Source of the DNA: a virus
IMG/VR virus record: IMGVR_UViG_3300048854_000232
Span: 192,618-256,617 of that record
DNA length: 64,000 bases
Reading direction: 5' to 3' (one strand)
In this document: in pieces, positions 8,367-17,712 of the stretch
Position numbering within the stretch: the first letter of the stretch is position 1
Layout: every line of letters begins with the position of its first letter
The notes under the pieces: model-generated
What the model saw: only the letters and a program-made list of their open reading frames with translations
Told to the model about the DNA's origin: nothing
Databases searched by the model: none
Made by a program: the position numbers and the translations under genes

Positions 8367-11072
8367 TTAAATTGCCTGTCCTTTGGCAAAGCCGGTCGGG
8401 GCCGGATAGGTGAGCGTAGCGGGAGACATGTGCAGACCCACCGACTGTGCTTGCTGCCCACTGGCGTTACCACGCACGGTACCGATCGCGGGTAGGTACG
8501 AACCGGCAGACCAGTCAACCGTCACCATGGGCAAGGTGCCCGTTGACGGGTTACCCTGCATCCACACACCGTTCCTGGAGTACCACAACTTCACCGCGGT
8601 CAGATCCGTCGCATCGCACGCAATACCGATCACGTCACCGGTGAGCCCGGCGGGTCCAATCACACCGGCTACGTTGTTCATGAACAACGCACCATGGCCG
8701 TTGGGACCATCCTGAGCCGTGAGGTAGCCGACCGAGTTGGTGCCCGCCTGATGACCAGGCCAGGTGGAGGCGACAGCTTCGGTCGACAGCTTGTAACCGA
8801 TATAGACCGTATTCCAGTTGTTGATCGTATTGCCGTTACCAAGCGCGATACAGGCCACTTCCCAGTAATGCTTAATCGGGATGAGGAACCCACCCGCCGA
8901 CACCACACCTGCACCGGAGAGCGTGTCGTTACGGGTCGCGGTAAGGGCCGGACTACCCGTGAGCGTGATGTTGGTGTGCTTCTGACCACCCGTGAACGAC
9001 AACCACTGTCCGCGGTTGACCTGCAAGGACTGCACTGGACTGACGATCGTCTCGCCGTCCGCCGTGTCCACAGCGATGTAGTAGTTCTTCGCCGAGGCTG
9101 CCGTACCGGTAGCCGTACCCGAAAGCACGACGTTGTTGCCGGAGATCGTTAGCGCCAAGCCGGCTGGCAAGGTTGCCGTGGCATTGGCCGCTGTGGTGTC
9201 CAGCCGCGGGTTGGAGAACGGCGCTGCACCCGTCAAAGCGAGACCGGAGGAGTACGCCGTACCGATAGTCACATCCGGGGTGAGTGAGCCACCGATCGTG
9301 GGCGCCGGCGCCTGGCTGAGCAAACCAATCGTACCCGTGCCAGTGAACGCAAGCGAGGTCGCGTTGGCTTGGATCGAGTAGTTGACCGTGCTGCCGTCGG
9401 ACGGATTGGTCGGCAAGGCCTCAACGACGATGTCGGCTGCAACCAGTGCATACCCCGTTGCGGTGTTGATAGCTGCCAACAGATCGCTCGAGGAGGCCTG
9501 TGTGGTCCAGGACTGCGCTGGCACGTGGCCAGTGATCACCGTGGCAAAGTCCAGACGGTTGTACTTGATCGTCTTGGCATGGACGTAACCGCCGGAGGAG
9601 CCAGTTACCACCAACGAGGTGTTGCGCAGAGATGCATCACCCGACAACGCAGTGATTGCAGTGATCGCGACGTTACTCGCCGACAATGCAACCGGCAACG
9701 TGGGGTTGTCGGCATTCAGTCGAGAGAAGAACGCCGGGCCGGAGGCCTTACCGACCGCATCGGCGGACACCAGACCAGTCAAGGTCGGGTTGGTGATCAG
9801 CAGATCCAGCTCACCGTCAATAACGATCGTCTGAGTCACACTGTTGGCCGTCTGACCATCGTCGGAGTCCACCCTCACCGTAAAGGCGAAGGTGCCCATG
9901 GTCGTGCTGTTGCCGGCCAGAGAAACGGTGGAGTTGACAATCGATAGCGACAGGCCCGCAGGCACTGCACCCGTGGCCAACCGCACGTTCTCGTAGATAC
10001 CGTTACCACCGGCAATCGCAATTGTGGACGAGTACGCTGAACCCACGTTGGAGGGAGTGGCGAACGTACCGGTCAAGGTCAGCGTGGCATAGGAGCCCGG
10101 ATACTTCAGCACCGTCCCGGCATTGAACAGCAGGTGGCCATCGACCGGGGTCATGGTCACGCCCTGATAACCGCCGGGGAGCGTCGCCAAGGCGCTCGTG
10201 GTCACATCCGAGGTCGACAGCTTCGCCCCGTAGCGCGTGTTGAACGAGGTTACGAAATCCGACAGGCTCGTCTGCCCGGCAGCCGGGAGGATATTGCTCG
10301 GGTTGGCCGAGGCGGCAATCAGATCCGCCAAGCCCACCCGGTCGTATTTGATTGTGACCGAATTGGCAAAGCCCTTGCCCGCGATACCCGTCAACACGAC
10401 CGAGGTGTTCTTGTTGGAGGCATCACCCGACAGAACGATCGGTGCAGCAGCGGTCACGTTAACGTTGGTCAGGAAGCGACCAATGCCTGGGTTGTTGCTA
10501 TTGACCTGACTCAGCAGGGCCTGGGTCAACGGTAGGTTAGTCGAGAGGATCGCCGCCGCCGTGGGGCCGGTCAGTACCGGCTGGGCAACAACCACAGCCA
10601 ACGACAGGTCTGCTGGCACGTAGGTGATCGGAATCGAGCCGACAAACGCCAACGATGTAGCATTCGCTGCCAAGGTGAAAGCGATCTGCCCTGTCGCCGG
10701 ATCGGCCGCTGGCAGGTTACCGGTGATGATATCCGCCGCGACCATGTTGATGCCGAAGGTCGTGTTAAAGATCGGCAGGACATCCGCTATCATTGTCTCG
10801 GTGGTCAGAGGGAAGACATTCGCCCCCGGCACACTATCCAGAATATCGGCCATCGACACGCGATCGTAGTACGCCGTGGTCAACCCGCTGTAACTGGTAC
10901 CGGCTTTGGCTGCGATGGAAACCATCGAGTTCTTGCTGATACTGGTATCGGTGTTGACCGACGGTGCACCCACGGTGATGTTGGTGGGCGACAGCGGAAC
11001 AGTGAGCTGAGGGTTGGCCTCGTTCAGCTTATTGTAGAACAGCTGAGAACTGGTAACCGCGCTATTGGTCAT
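8367..11072 (-). CDS. tail fibre/baseplate protein (three phage repeat domains, two Ig-like modules, C-terminal SPRY/ConA-like domain)
   Basis: Repeated NT...Y(D/N)R domains; G..YSS.(I/L)A..GG..P.GL.L.I Ig-like repeats; KHYWEV..GDVIGIACD..LWYSRNG SPRY-like end. Confidence 0.75.
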   Translation of the reverse strand: MTNSAVTSSQLFYNKLNEANPQLTVPLSPTNITVGAPSVNTDTSISKNSMVSIAAKAGTSYSGLTTAYYDRVSMADILDSVPGANVFPLTTETMIADVLPIFNTTFGINMVAADIITGNLPAADPATGQIAFTLAANATSLAFVGSIPITYVPADLSLAVVVAQPVLTGPTAAAILSTNLPLTQALLSQVNSNNPGIGRFLTNVNVTAAAPIVLSGDASNKNTSVVLTGIAGKGFANSVTIKYDRVGLADLIAASANPSNILPAAGQTSLSDFVTSFNTRYGAKLSTSDVTTSALATLPGGYQGVTMTPVDGHLLFNAGTVLKYPGSYATLTLTGTFATPSNVGSAYSSTIAIAGGNGIYENVRLATGAVPAGLSLSIVNSTVSLAGNSTTMGTFAFTVRVDSDDGQTANSVTQTIVIDGELDLLITNPTLTGLVSADAVGKASGPAFFSRLNADNPTLPVALSASNVAITAITALSGDASLRNTSLVVTGSSGGYVHAKTIKYNRLDFATVITGHVPAQSWTTQASSSDLLAAINTATGYALVAADIVVEALPTNPSDGSTVNYSIQANATSLAFTGTGTIGLLSQAPAPTIGGSLTPDVTIGTAYSSGLALTGAAPFSNPRLDTTAANATATLPAGLALTISGNNVVLSGTATGTAASAKNYYIAVDTADGETIVSPVQSLQVNRGQWLSFTGGQKHTNITLTGSPALTATRNDTLSGAGVVSAGGFLIPIKHYWEVACIALGNGNTINNWNTVYIGYKLSTEAVASTWPGHQAGTNSVGYLTAQDGPNGHGALFMNNVAGVIGPAGLTGDVIGIACDATDLTAVKLWYSRNGVWMQGNPSTGTLPMVTVDWSAGSYLPAIGTVRGNASGQQAQSVGLHMSPATLTYPAPTGFAKGQAI

Positions 11073-11104
11073 GGGAGGCTCGCTGTAGAAAGTAAAAGCT
11101 TAGA

Positions 11105-11149
11105 CATAAAATGGGAAGGCGACAGCCCCCGAAGAGACCGTCGCCTTCC
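11105..11149 (-). terminator. terminator hairpin followed directly by a TATG late-promoter motif
   Basis: Minus strand GGAAGGCGACGGTCTC-TTCG-GGGGCTGTCGCCTTCC-CATTTTATG. Confidence 0.7.
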
Positions 11150-11156
11150 TTAGCGC

Positions 11157-12554
11157 TTACGTGGTGAAGGGAGACGCAAAGCCCGCAGGTGCCGAACTTT
11201 GCCAATCCAACGAGGACATGCGCAGAGAGATCTTCGGTGGCGCGGCTGTGCCAAGCGCTGTGCCGAACGTGGCGCCGGCGCAAGGGAAGAGGGACTTACC
11301 CTTACTGTCAAAGACAAACGTCGGTGCTGCTCCGGTGGCCGGGTTGGATGCCGCACCTGTAGTGTCTTGGGGGTAGCTACCGTTCGGGCGAATCCAGACC
11401 TTAACGTTGGCCGGATCCGTCGCATCCACGGCCATGCCTATGGCCGTTGCATGCCAAAAGAGGCCGCCGAACTGCTGCCCGAGCCCGCCGAGTAATGCGC
11501 CAGGATACAGCTGACCACCGCTACGCATCTCGCCGGTGAACTGCTGTACCATCCAGGCGCCGGCGTAATCGCTGGGCCAAGTACCGTCCAATGGCAGGTC
11601 GGGATCGCACAGACCCAACTCGATGACATTGTCACCGCCCACCCAATACACATCGAACTGGAAGTACCATTTCTTCGTGCCCGTGGTCAGATCGAATGCG
11701 CCTTTGGCCTTTCCGATCAATTTGTCGGTACCCGTCAACGTCCACCGAAACCCATCCGAGGTAATCGCGCCATTGAACTGTGTCGCCCAGCCCGTCACCG
11801 TCGCCGGGTGGATAATCACCGTGCGGGACTGTGATGTACCCAGTCCCTGTAACGTGTAGGTGAATGTATACGTTCCCGGGGTCGTGGGTGTACCCGTCAT
11901 GGAGATCTGATTTTGACCCGCGCCCTGCCCTGTGATCTGCGAGACGGTCAAACCAGGTGGGACGGCGCCGGAGGTTGTCACGCTGGACCACGAAGCGCCG
12001 GCCCAGATGACCGGCGCCGACTGAAACGGTTGCCCCACCTTACCCGGTCGAAAGACCCCGTAATCGCCGTCCTGCGAGATAAACCCAGCGCCCGCATGGT
12101 TGTAGGTTAGCGTGACCGTGCCGGTGTAGCCAACCGAGTTGTTGGCTGCAACACAGCCATAGGTCAGGTTGGTTTGCGGGGTATTGCCCAAAATCTGCGG
12201 AGCAAGATCGCGCATGGCATGCGCCAGACCAAACTTGGCCTTCTGCAAATTCCACATACTCGTACCGGTCGCGTTGATATCACTCACGGCCGCGATGGCC
12301 ACGGTGGGATTGATAAATGCCGTAGCCAACGGCACGCGGTTGTAATACACCCACGTACCGCCCTTCATGGTTGGGACCAGTTTCACGATCGTGCGGACAA
12401 ACGCCTTGGTGTTCGCTCCGCCGTTGGCGTTGGCTTCGGCCGTGGTGGTGGCCTGCACCTGCTCCACCGCCACATCGCGATAGGTAAGGCTGGTGCCGTT
12501 GGCCGTGTTGATCTTAAGCAACAGGGCCTCAAGGGTATTAACTTGGGTTGCCAT
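11157..12554 (-). CDS. tail fibre protein (repeat domain, Ig-like module, SPRY-like tip)
   Basis: Same N-terminal domain family; VPPGLT..GTPTTPGTYTFT Ig motif; KKWYFQF..AIGMAVD SPRY-like domain. Confidence 0.72.
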   Translation of the reverse strand: MATQVNTLEALLLKINTANGTSLTYRDVAVEQVQATTTAEANANGGANTKAFVRTIVKLVPTMKGGTWVYYNRVPLATAFINPTVAIAAVSDINATGTSMWNLQKAKFGLAHAMRDLAPQILGNTPQTNLTYGCVAANNSVGYTGTVTLTYNHAGAGFISQDGDYGVFRPGKVGQPFQSAPVIWAGASWSSVTTSGAVPPGLTVSQITGQGAGQNQISMTGTPTTPGTYTFTYTLQGLGTSQSRTVIIHPATVTGWATQFNGAITSDGFRWTLTGTDKLIGKAKGAFDLTTGTKKWYFQFDVYWVGGDNVIELGLCDPDLPLDGTWPSDYAGAWMVQQFTGEMRSGGQLYPGALLGGLGQQFGGLFWHATAIGMAVDATDPANVKVWIRPNGSYPQDTTGAASNPATGAAPTFVFDSKGKSLFPCAGATFGTALGTAAPPKISLRMSSLDWQSSAPAGFASPFTT

Positions 12555-12566
12555 AGTCAGAGGTCC

Positions 12567-13922
12567 TTAGATGGTAGCTTTCATGTCAGCCAGAACCAGA
12601 CCCGGCGTGAGGTTCGTCGTTGCGATGGCCGTGGACAGGTCGGTCAAAGCACCGCCGTTGGCAACGAGAGTCTGTACGGGGGAGGTCGCCGTCTGGCCAT
12701 CATCCGAATCCACCGCAATGGTGAAGCTGAAGTTGGCACCCACGGCATCGGGTGTACCCGAAAGCACGATGTTGTTGCCCGAAATCGCCAGCGTGAGGTA
12801 GCTCGGCTTCGAACCACTGGCCACGCGGGGGTTACTGTAGTTACCACTACCGCCTGTGATCGCCAGCGTCGAGCTATACGGCATTGCGCTGGTGAGAGCG
12901 TGCGAGAGTGTACCTGCCAGGGTCAGCGTGGCGTAGGAGACCAGGTACTTGACCGTCGCGCCATCGTTGAACAGCGGATGGCCTGCCACCGGATTGAGCA
13001 CCACGCCCTTGTAGCTGTTGGGCAGCGCGACCACCGCATCGGTCAGCGCGTTACTGATCTCTGAGGCCAGGATCTTGGTGCCGTACCGGGTATTGAAGCT
13101 GGCCAGCATATCCGCCACCGTCGCCTGTCCGGTGTTCGGAACCACGTTGCTGGGATTGGCCGAACCGGCAATCAGATCAGCGAAGGTCACACGGTTGTAC
13201 TTGAAGACTTGCTGATCGCGAATGCCCTTGCCCATGATGCCGGTCAGGGTGATCGAGGTATTCTTGCCCGAGGCGTCGCCTGAGAGCGCCGTCACCGCGC
13301 CCGGGGTGATGTTCACCGTCGAAAGCTGACGCGTAAAGGTCGGGTTATCGACGTTGACACGCTGGTAGATCACCTGCAGACCGCTGTAGGTTGAGGCAAC
13401 GATGTACACTGCCGTCAAACCCGTAAGGGTGGTCGTAGTGATTCCCGTGTTGAGCGACAGATCGCTGGGCACGTAGATGAACGGCGTGCTACCCATGAAG
13501 GCCAGGGACGAGGCAGCGGCAGCCAGGGTAAAGTTGATCTGGCCGGTGGCCGGATCGGGACTGCCCAGTGGGCCATCGATGATATCCGCTGCCACCATGT
13601 TCACCGCGAAGGTCGCATTGAATGAGGCCAGACAGTCCGAGATCTTGGTCTGGTTGGTGTAGGGGAACGTGTTGGACCCTGCCACCGTGGCGACAATGTC
13701 AGCCATGGTCACGCGGTCGTAGTAGGCCGTGGCCAGACCGCTGTAGGTGGTTCCGGCCTTCGCGGTGACCTGAACCATCGAATTCTTGGTGATTGACGAG
13801 TCCGTGTTCGTCGTGGGGACGCCCACCGTCACGTTGTCTGGCGACAATGGCGTAAGGAGCTGGGGGTTGGCTTCGTTCAGCTTGTTATAGAACAGCTGCG
13901 AGCTGGTAACAACGCCACTCAT
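12567..13922 (-). CDS. tail fibre/baseplate protein, paralogue of the N-terminal half of 8367..11072
   Basis: Near-identical start (VTSSQLFYNKLNEANPQL), colinear through VDSDDGQTA. Confidence 0.75.
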   Translation of the reverse strand: MSGVVTSSQLFYNKLNEANPQLLTPLSPDNVTVGVPTTNTDSSITKNSMVQVTAKAGTTYSGLATAYYDRVTMADIVATVAGSNTFPYTNQTKISDCLASFNATFAVNMVAADIIDGPLGSPDPATGQINFTLAAAASSLAFMGSTPFIYVPSDLSLNTGITTTTLTGLTAVYIVASTYSGLQVIYQRVNVDNPTFTRQLSTVNITPGAVTALSGDASGKNTSITLTGIMGKGIRDQQVFKYNRVTFADLIAGSANPSNVVPNTGQATVADMLASFNTRYGTKILASEISNALTDAVVALPNSYKGVVLNPVAGHPLFNDGATVKYLVSYATLTLAGTLSHALTSAMPYSSTLAITGGSGNYSNPRVASGSKPSYLTLAISGNNIVLSGTPDAVGANFSFTIAVDSDDGQTATSPVQTLVANGGALTDLSTAIATTNLTPGLVLADMKATI

Positions 13923-13965
13923 GTGGGGACTCCTGAGAGGAAAGGCGATAGAGCCCGGAAAGGGT

Positions 13966-13969
13966 CATA
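13966..13969 (-). promoter_or_regulatory. candidate late promoter (TATG)
   Basis: TTATGAC on the minus strand about 45 nt upstream of 13922. Confidence 0.4.
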
Positions 13970-14080
13970 AGTTTAGCCAGTCGCCCCCTTAAGATTTTTA
14001 CAGCACCCCGCCATGGGATGAAACCGGTGCCTACCATAGCGTATGAGTCACATCACACGCACTCTTGCGAGGAACAGAGT

Positions 14081-14761
14081 ATGGGGATCGGAATGATTAG
14101 CACGTGGATCATGAGTAAGGTGAGCCTGAAGGGCTTTCTCATCCTGATCGCGCTGTGTTCGTGCAGTTACCTGGGCTACGAAGGTTACAACTGGATTTAC
14201 AATCGGGGCGCTGCCCACCAGTTGACGGCCATCGACCAGCCCAAGATCGACACCGCCGTTAAGGCGCAGGCCAAGGCTGAGGCAGACAAAGCGGCCTACG
14301 TCCAGACTTACAATGACTGGATCACCACGACCAATGCGAGCAACGCCGCGCTGATCGCGCAGCAGAAAGCCACCATCGACAAACTTCAGACCCAAGCCAA
14401 TCAGCTCCCGGCTCTGGTCCAAGCCAACGAGAAGCTCAAACATGAAATCACTTCGTACATCTCCGCTCAAGTGGATGCTGCTTGCGTACTGCCTGTCGGC
14501 TTTGTCCGCCTGTACAACAGCTCCGTCCAAGCCGACTCCCCCGCCGGGACCGGAACTGACGTTCCCGCAAGCCTTGCCGGAAATGACGCAAGCCCGTCCG
14601 GCATTGCGTGCAGTGTCATGGCCAGCGTCCTCCTCGACAACACCAACGAAGCCGTAATCCGTGGCAAGCTCTTGGGGATGTGGCAAACCTGGTACGCGGA
14701 GAACTCCGCTAACTTCAACGCAGCAGCCAAAGCCAAAGCCGCGGCCATTCCCAAGGAGTAA
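14081..14761 (+). CDS. inner-membrane spanin (Rz-like)
   Basis: N-terminal TM helix, coiled coil, ACVLPVGFVRLYN motif; embedded lipoprotein gene in another frame. Confidence 0.75.
   Translation: MGIGMISTWIMSKVSLKGFLILIALCSCSYLGYEGYNWIYNRGAAHQLTAIDQPKIDTAVKAQAKAEADKAAYVQTYNDWITTTNASNAALIAQQKATIDKLQTQANQLPALVQANEKLKHEITSYISAQVDAACVLPVGFVRLYNSSVQADSPAGTGTDVPASLAGNDASPSGIACSVMASVLLDNTNEAVIRGKLLGMWQTWYAENSANFNAAAKAKAAAIPKE
14442..14657 (+). CDS. outer-membrane spanin (Rz1-like lipoprotein) embedded in Rz
   Basis: +1 frame; hydrophobic stretch with LSAC lipobox, then a Pro-rich mature region. Confidence 0.65.
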   Translation: MKSLRTSPLKWMLLAYCLSALSACTTAPSKPTPPPGPELTFPQALPEMTQARPALRAVSWPASSSTTPTKP

Positions 14762-14764
14762 GCG

Positions 14765-15382
14765 ATGCTTACCATTGCCAGCCTCGCCTTCTGCCTGCTG
14801 GGCGTCCTCTTTGTCATGATCGGCCGCTACCGGCTCAAACGTCAAAGCCGCCTGCATGCCCTGCTGGCCTACCAAATGCTCATGCGGGAGAAAGACCAGG
14901 GTGACGCGGTACGTATGGCCAACCTTTTCGCCGATAACCTGGCGGAAATGGAACTGCAGTGCAACATCGACGTCGCTCGAGCAGATTACCTGGAAGAGCA
15001 GCTGGGGGAGACCCGACATCGACTCAATCGGGCCCAGGCGGTTCATGAAGCCAATCTGGAAGCGGTCAAGCGCCGTTACCAGCGTCGCTTTGTGGAAGCC
15101 GGTCGGGAATGCCTGAACACCAAACTGGCCCAGTACAAGCTGAGTCAGGATCACCTATCCACCATGGCCTCGATGGATACCCTGGTGTCCAACGTGGTGG
15201 ACCTGTTGCGAGAGGCGAAGATCAAGCCGCCCTCGGAAGTGGACTTCGATTCGATGCGCAAAGCCAAACCGGCCGAACGTGCGATGGGTCTGCTTTATCA
15301 GTACCTGGCCGCGCGTGCGACCACCCAGGCACTGACCACGCCCGCAGTACTCCTGCGACAGAAAATCTCCCTCTCCTCGTGA
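14765..15382 (+). CDS. hypothetical membrane-anchored coiled-coil protein
   Basis: N-terminal TM helix; SD GGAG. Confidence 0.7.
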   Translation: MLTIASLAFCLLGVLFVMIGRYRLKRQSRLHALLAYQMLMREKDQGDAVRMANLFADNLAEMELQCNIDVARADYLEEQLGETRHRLNRAQAVHEANLEAVKRRYQRRFVEAGRECLNTKLAQYKLSQDHLSTMASMDTLVSNVVDLLREAKIKPPSEVDFDSMRKAKPAERAMGLLYQYLAARATTQALTTPAVLLRQKISLSS

Positions 15383-15417
15383 GAGGGGGTTTTTGCCCTA
15401 AATTCAGTAAATTCCAA

Positions 15418-15547
15418 TCTGGGGGACGTATCTGTGAAACGCCTCAGCTTTGGGGATCCTGACCAGTCGCTCCTAGCCCTTCCTTTGAGCACAGACGACT
15501 TACCATGAGTTGTTGACGACCAAAGAAAAGACTACGAACGCTCCAGA
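15418..15547 (+). ncRNA. candidate rod-like small RNA between two terminators
   Basis: Nested pairings TCTGGGG/CTCCAGA, CTTTGG/CCAAAG and AGTCG/CGACT; no credible ORF. Confidence 0.25.
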
Positions 15548-15602
15548 CACGAGGCTCCCCCACAAGGGGAGCTCTATGCCGTCAAGGACCTATTGAACGC
15601 AT

Positions 15603-15619
15603 TTTCAAACCTATAGTAC
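15603..15619 (+). promoter_or_regulatory. phiKZ-like early promoter
   Basis: TTTCAAACCTATAGTAC; motif recurs seven times, each upstream of a + strand gene. Confidence 0.65.
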
Positions 15620-15661
15620 TCCGGTGAACCTAAGCAATTCACAATCCTTCTGGAGACTATT

Positions 15662-15988
15662 GTGGCCCTTTCCACGCATCCCTCGTTCGACGATTACATG
15701 GCTGATCTCCGTGCACTCCGTCAGGAGCTGGATGAGGCCCGAGTAATACGCACACAGTTGCTAGATGCCCAGGAGAACGGGACCCCGCCGCTGGCTCCGC
15801 TCATTGCCCAGCTGTGCCCGATGGTCAAGGCCATCAAGCAGCGGCTGTACCACCTCCGCAAGGAGGCCAACATGCCCGACTGGTTCGACCCGTGCAAGGT
15901 CCGCGAGCACCTCGCTCCGATGGAGCAGGACGTGCGTCACCTGGAGCTGGACCTCACGGACGCAGAGATCTGCTGTGATTTCGCTTAA
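15662..15988 (+). CDS. hypothetical protein
   Basis: SD GGAG before GTG; follows an early promoter. Confidence 0.7.
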   Translation: MALSTHPSFDDYMADLRALRQELDEARVIRTQLLDAQENGTPPLAPLIAQLCPMVKAIKQRLYHLRKEANMPDWFDPCKVREHLAPMEQDVRHLELDLTDAEICCDFA

Positions 15989-16027
15989 GCACTTCCTCAT
16001 CCGACTTCATTTAAGAAGGACTTTATC

Positions 16028-16156
16028 ATGAAGCTCTTGCCGTTTCTCCTGGGCTTGGTTGGTGTGCTCTGCGAAGTAGGGTTTAAGGCGGCGACCGCAC
16101 CACGCGTGGCGCCCCGCCAGTACGGGACCATGCAATACCCCCAAGATATTCACTAG
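16028..16156 (+). CDS. small hypothetical membrane peptide (42 aa)
   Basis: SD AAGGA; MKLLPFLLGLVGVLC...; below the ORF-track cutoff. Confidence 0.45.
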   Translation: MKLLPFLLGLVGVLCEVGFKAATAPRVAPRQYGTMQYPQDIH

Positions 16157-16170
16157 CGAAAGGATTGCTC

Positions 16171-16536
16171 ATGCGCGGATTACTCCTCCTTTACTTCGGT
16201 TTAGCTGGAATGGCCCTGTACCACATGCGCGGCAAGCACAAGGCGCAGGCAGAAGCCCGCGCGAATTTGCGTGATGCCGATCGCGGCTGGAAGCGCGTGG
16301 ACGAATTGAAAGAGCTCTTGGGTCAGTTGTCCACGGCCACACTCAACATGACCGACGACCAATACAGGGTGTTGTCGGCAGTCGCCGAAGACATGGGCCT
16401 TACCATTCCCACGGACCTGGACGCACCGTTACCCGCCGATGCGGAGCCGATCCTCAAGCACATTGTCACCCATCACCGTTTGGCGGCGGATTGCCGCGTT
16501 CAGATTCTTCTGAACGCGAGTCGACGCGCTGCGTAA
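16171..16536 (+). CDS. hypothetical membrane-anchored protein
   Basis: SD AAGGA; N-terminal hydrophobic helix. Confidence 0.7.
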   Translation: MRGLLLLYFGLAGMALYHMRGKHKAQAEARANLRDADRGWKRVDELKELLGQLSTATLNMTDDQYRVLSAVAEDMGLTIPTDLDAPLPADAEPILKHIVTHHRLAADCRVQILLNASRRAA

Positions 16537-16563
16537 CCCTTCTCTTACCTACAAGGCCCCACC

Positions 16564-16971
16564 ATGTTCAGCCTGCCCAACATGTTCCAGCGCAAGACGC
16601 CCTTGCCTCCCACCGAAGCAAAGGTGTCCTCTTTGGTGACCACCACGGTCTCCAAGGATTCCTTCGACAAGCTGTGGAAGCTGCGTCATAGCCGTAACTT
16701 CACCGTGGTTGCCCATGCCTTGGGTATTGCCACCGACGTCGAACAGTTGCAGCTCAAAGAAGGCCAGGTTGCCTTCGAGTTGGATCAGTTCGGTCGTCGC
16801 TTCTTGCACATCGGACACAAGGGCTTCGTGCTGACCTTCCACGACCAGTTTGGTCAGAAGGACGCCCGTAAGACCGTGGTCTACAAGGAACCCCGGTTCC
16901 CGGAAAGCCCGTTCACTGACATCGGTTCGGCCCGTAACCTGCTGAACCACACCGCCTACCTGTACACGTAA
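16564..16971 (+). CDS. hypothetical protein
   Basis: ORF with strong codon bias. Confidence 0.7.
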   Translation: MFSLPNMFQRKTPLPPTEAKVSSLVTTTVSKDSFDKLWKLRHSRNFTVVAHALGIATDVEQLQLKEGQVAFELDQFGRRFLHIGHKGFVLTFHDQFGQKDARKTVVYKEPRFPESPFTDIGSARNLLNHTAYLYT

Positions 16972-17036
16972 GCCCCGCCTCCGCATTGGCGGTTTTGCCT
17001 CTCTTCTCTTTCACCACGTCCTCGGGGGACATCACC

Positions 17037-17585
17037 ATGAACGCAATCAAACTACTCGGCGCTGTTGTATTGGCTGGTATCGGCTATGCCAGCTATCGTT
17101 ACGCGCAACGCCGTATCGCCAATGCCCTGATCGATGCACTCGATCCGACCATCAACACCCTTTCCAGCACCAACACCCAGGAAACCAGCATGCAGTCCGA
17201 GACCACCGCAACCGCCATCGCCGAGAACTTCTCCAACCTCTTCCAGGGTCAGTTCGACGTCCTGTGGAATGCTCGTGCAGACAACGGCATGGCGCTGGCT
17301 TACGACCCGCGTTGGGAAGCCGATCCGGCGTTGGCCGTCACGACCAGCCCGCTGGCCGAAGGCGTGTACGGCTGGGTGGAAGGCGCCGACGGCGAGCGCT
17401 TCCTGGTCGTGGGCGGTGGGGACATGAACCTCATCGTGTTCGACCTGAACAAGGGCGATGGCGCTGAATACCTGTGGCCCAACACCATCGAGGGCATCGA
17501 GTCGGATGCGTACATGCTGATGCTCCTGCAGGGTCTGAATGAGCAGTTCGACGAACTCGAGCTGCAATACGCCAACCAGGCGTAA
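17037..17585 (+). CDS. hypothetical membrane-anchored acidic protein
   Basis: SD GGGGA; N-terminal TM helix; followed by a hairpin. Confidence 0.7.
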   Translation: MNAIKLLGAVVLAGIGYASYRYAQRRIANALIDALDPTINTLSSTNTQETSMQSETTATAIAENFSNLFQGQFDVLWNARADNGMALAYDPRWEADPALAVTTSPLAEGVYGWVEGADGERFLVVGGGDMNLIVFDLNKGDGAEYLWPNTIEGIESDAYMLMLLQGLNEQFDELELQYANQA

Positions 17586-17637
17586 AAGGCGGTGGGGTCC
17601 CTTCGGGGGCCCCACTCTCTCCCACCGGTGTAGTTTT

Positions 17638-17654
17638 TTTGAAACCTACACTAT
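17638..17654 (+). promoter_or_regulatory. phiKZ-like early promoter (variant)
   Basis: TTTGAAACCTACACTAT. Confidence 0.5.
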
Positions 17655-17712
17655 CCACTTGAAGTCATGCAGAGGACGCGTTTATCGGGGTTAATCTTGG
17701 GGAGTACGTAAA

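Noticed and set aside
8367-13922. Diversity-generating retroelement or invertible tail-fibre switch
   Set aside because: No reverse transcriptase, invertase or adenine-specific TR/VR pair seen; the similarity is ordinary paralogy.
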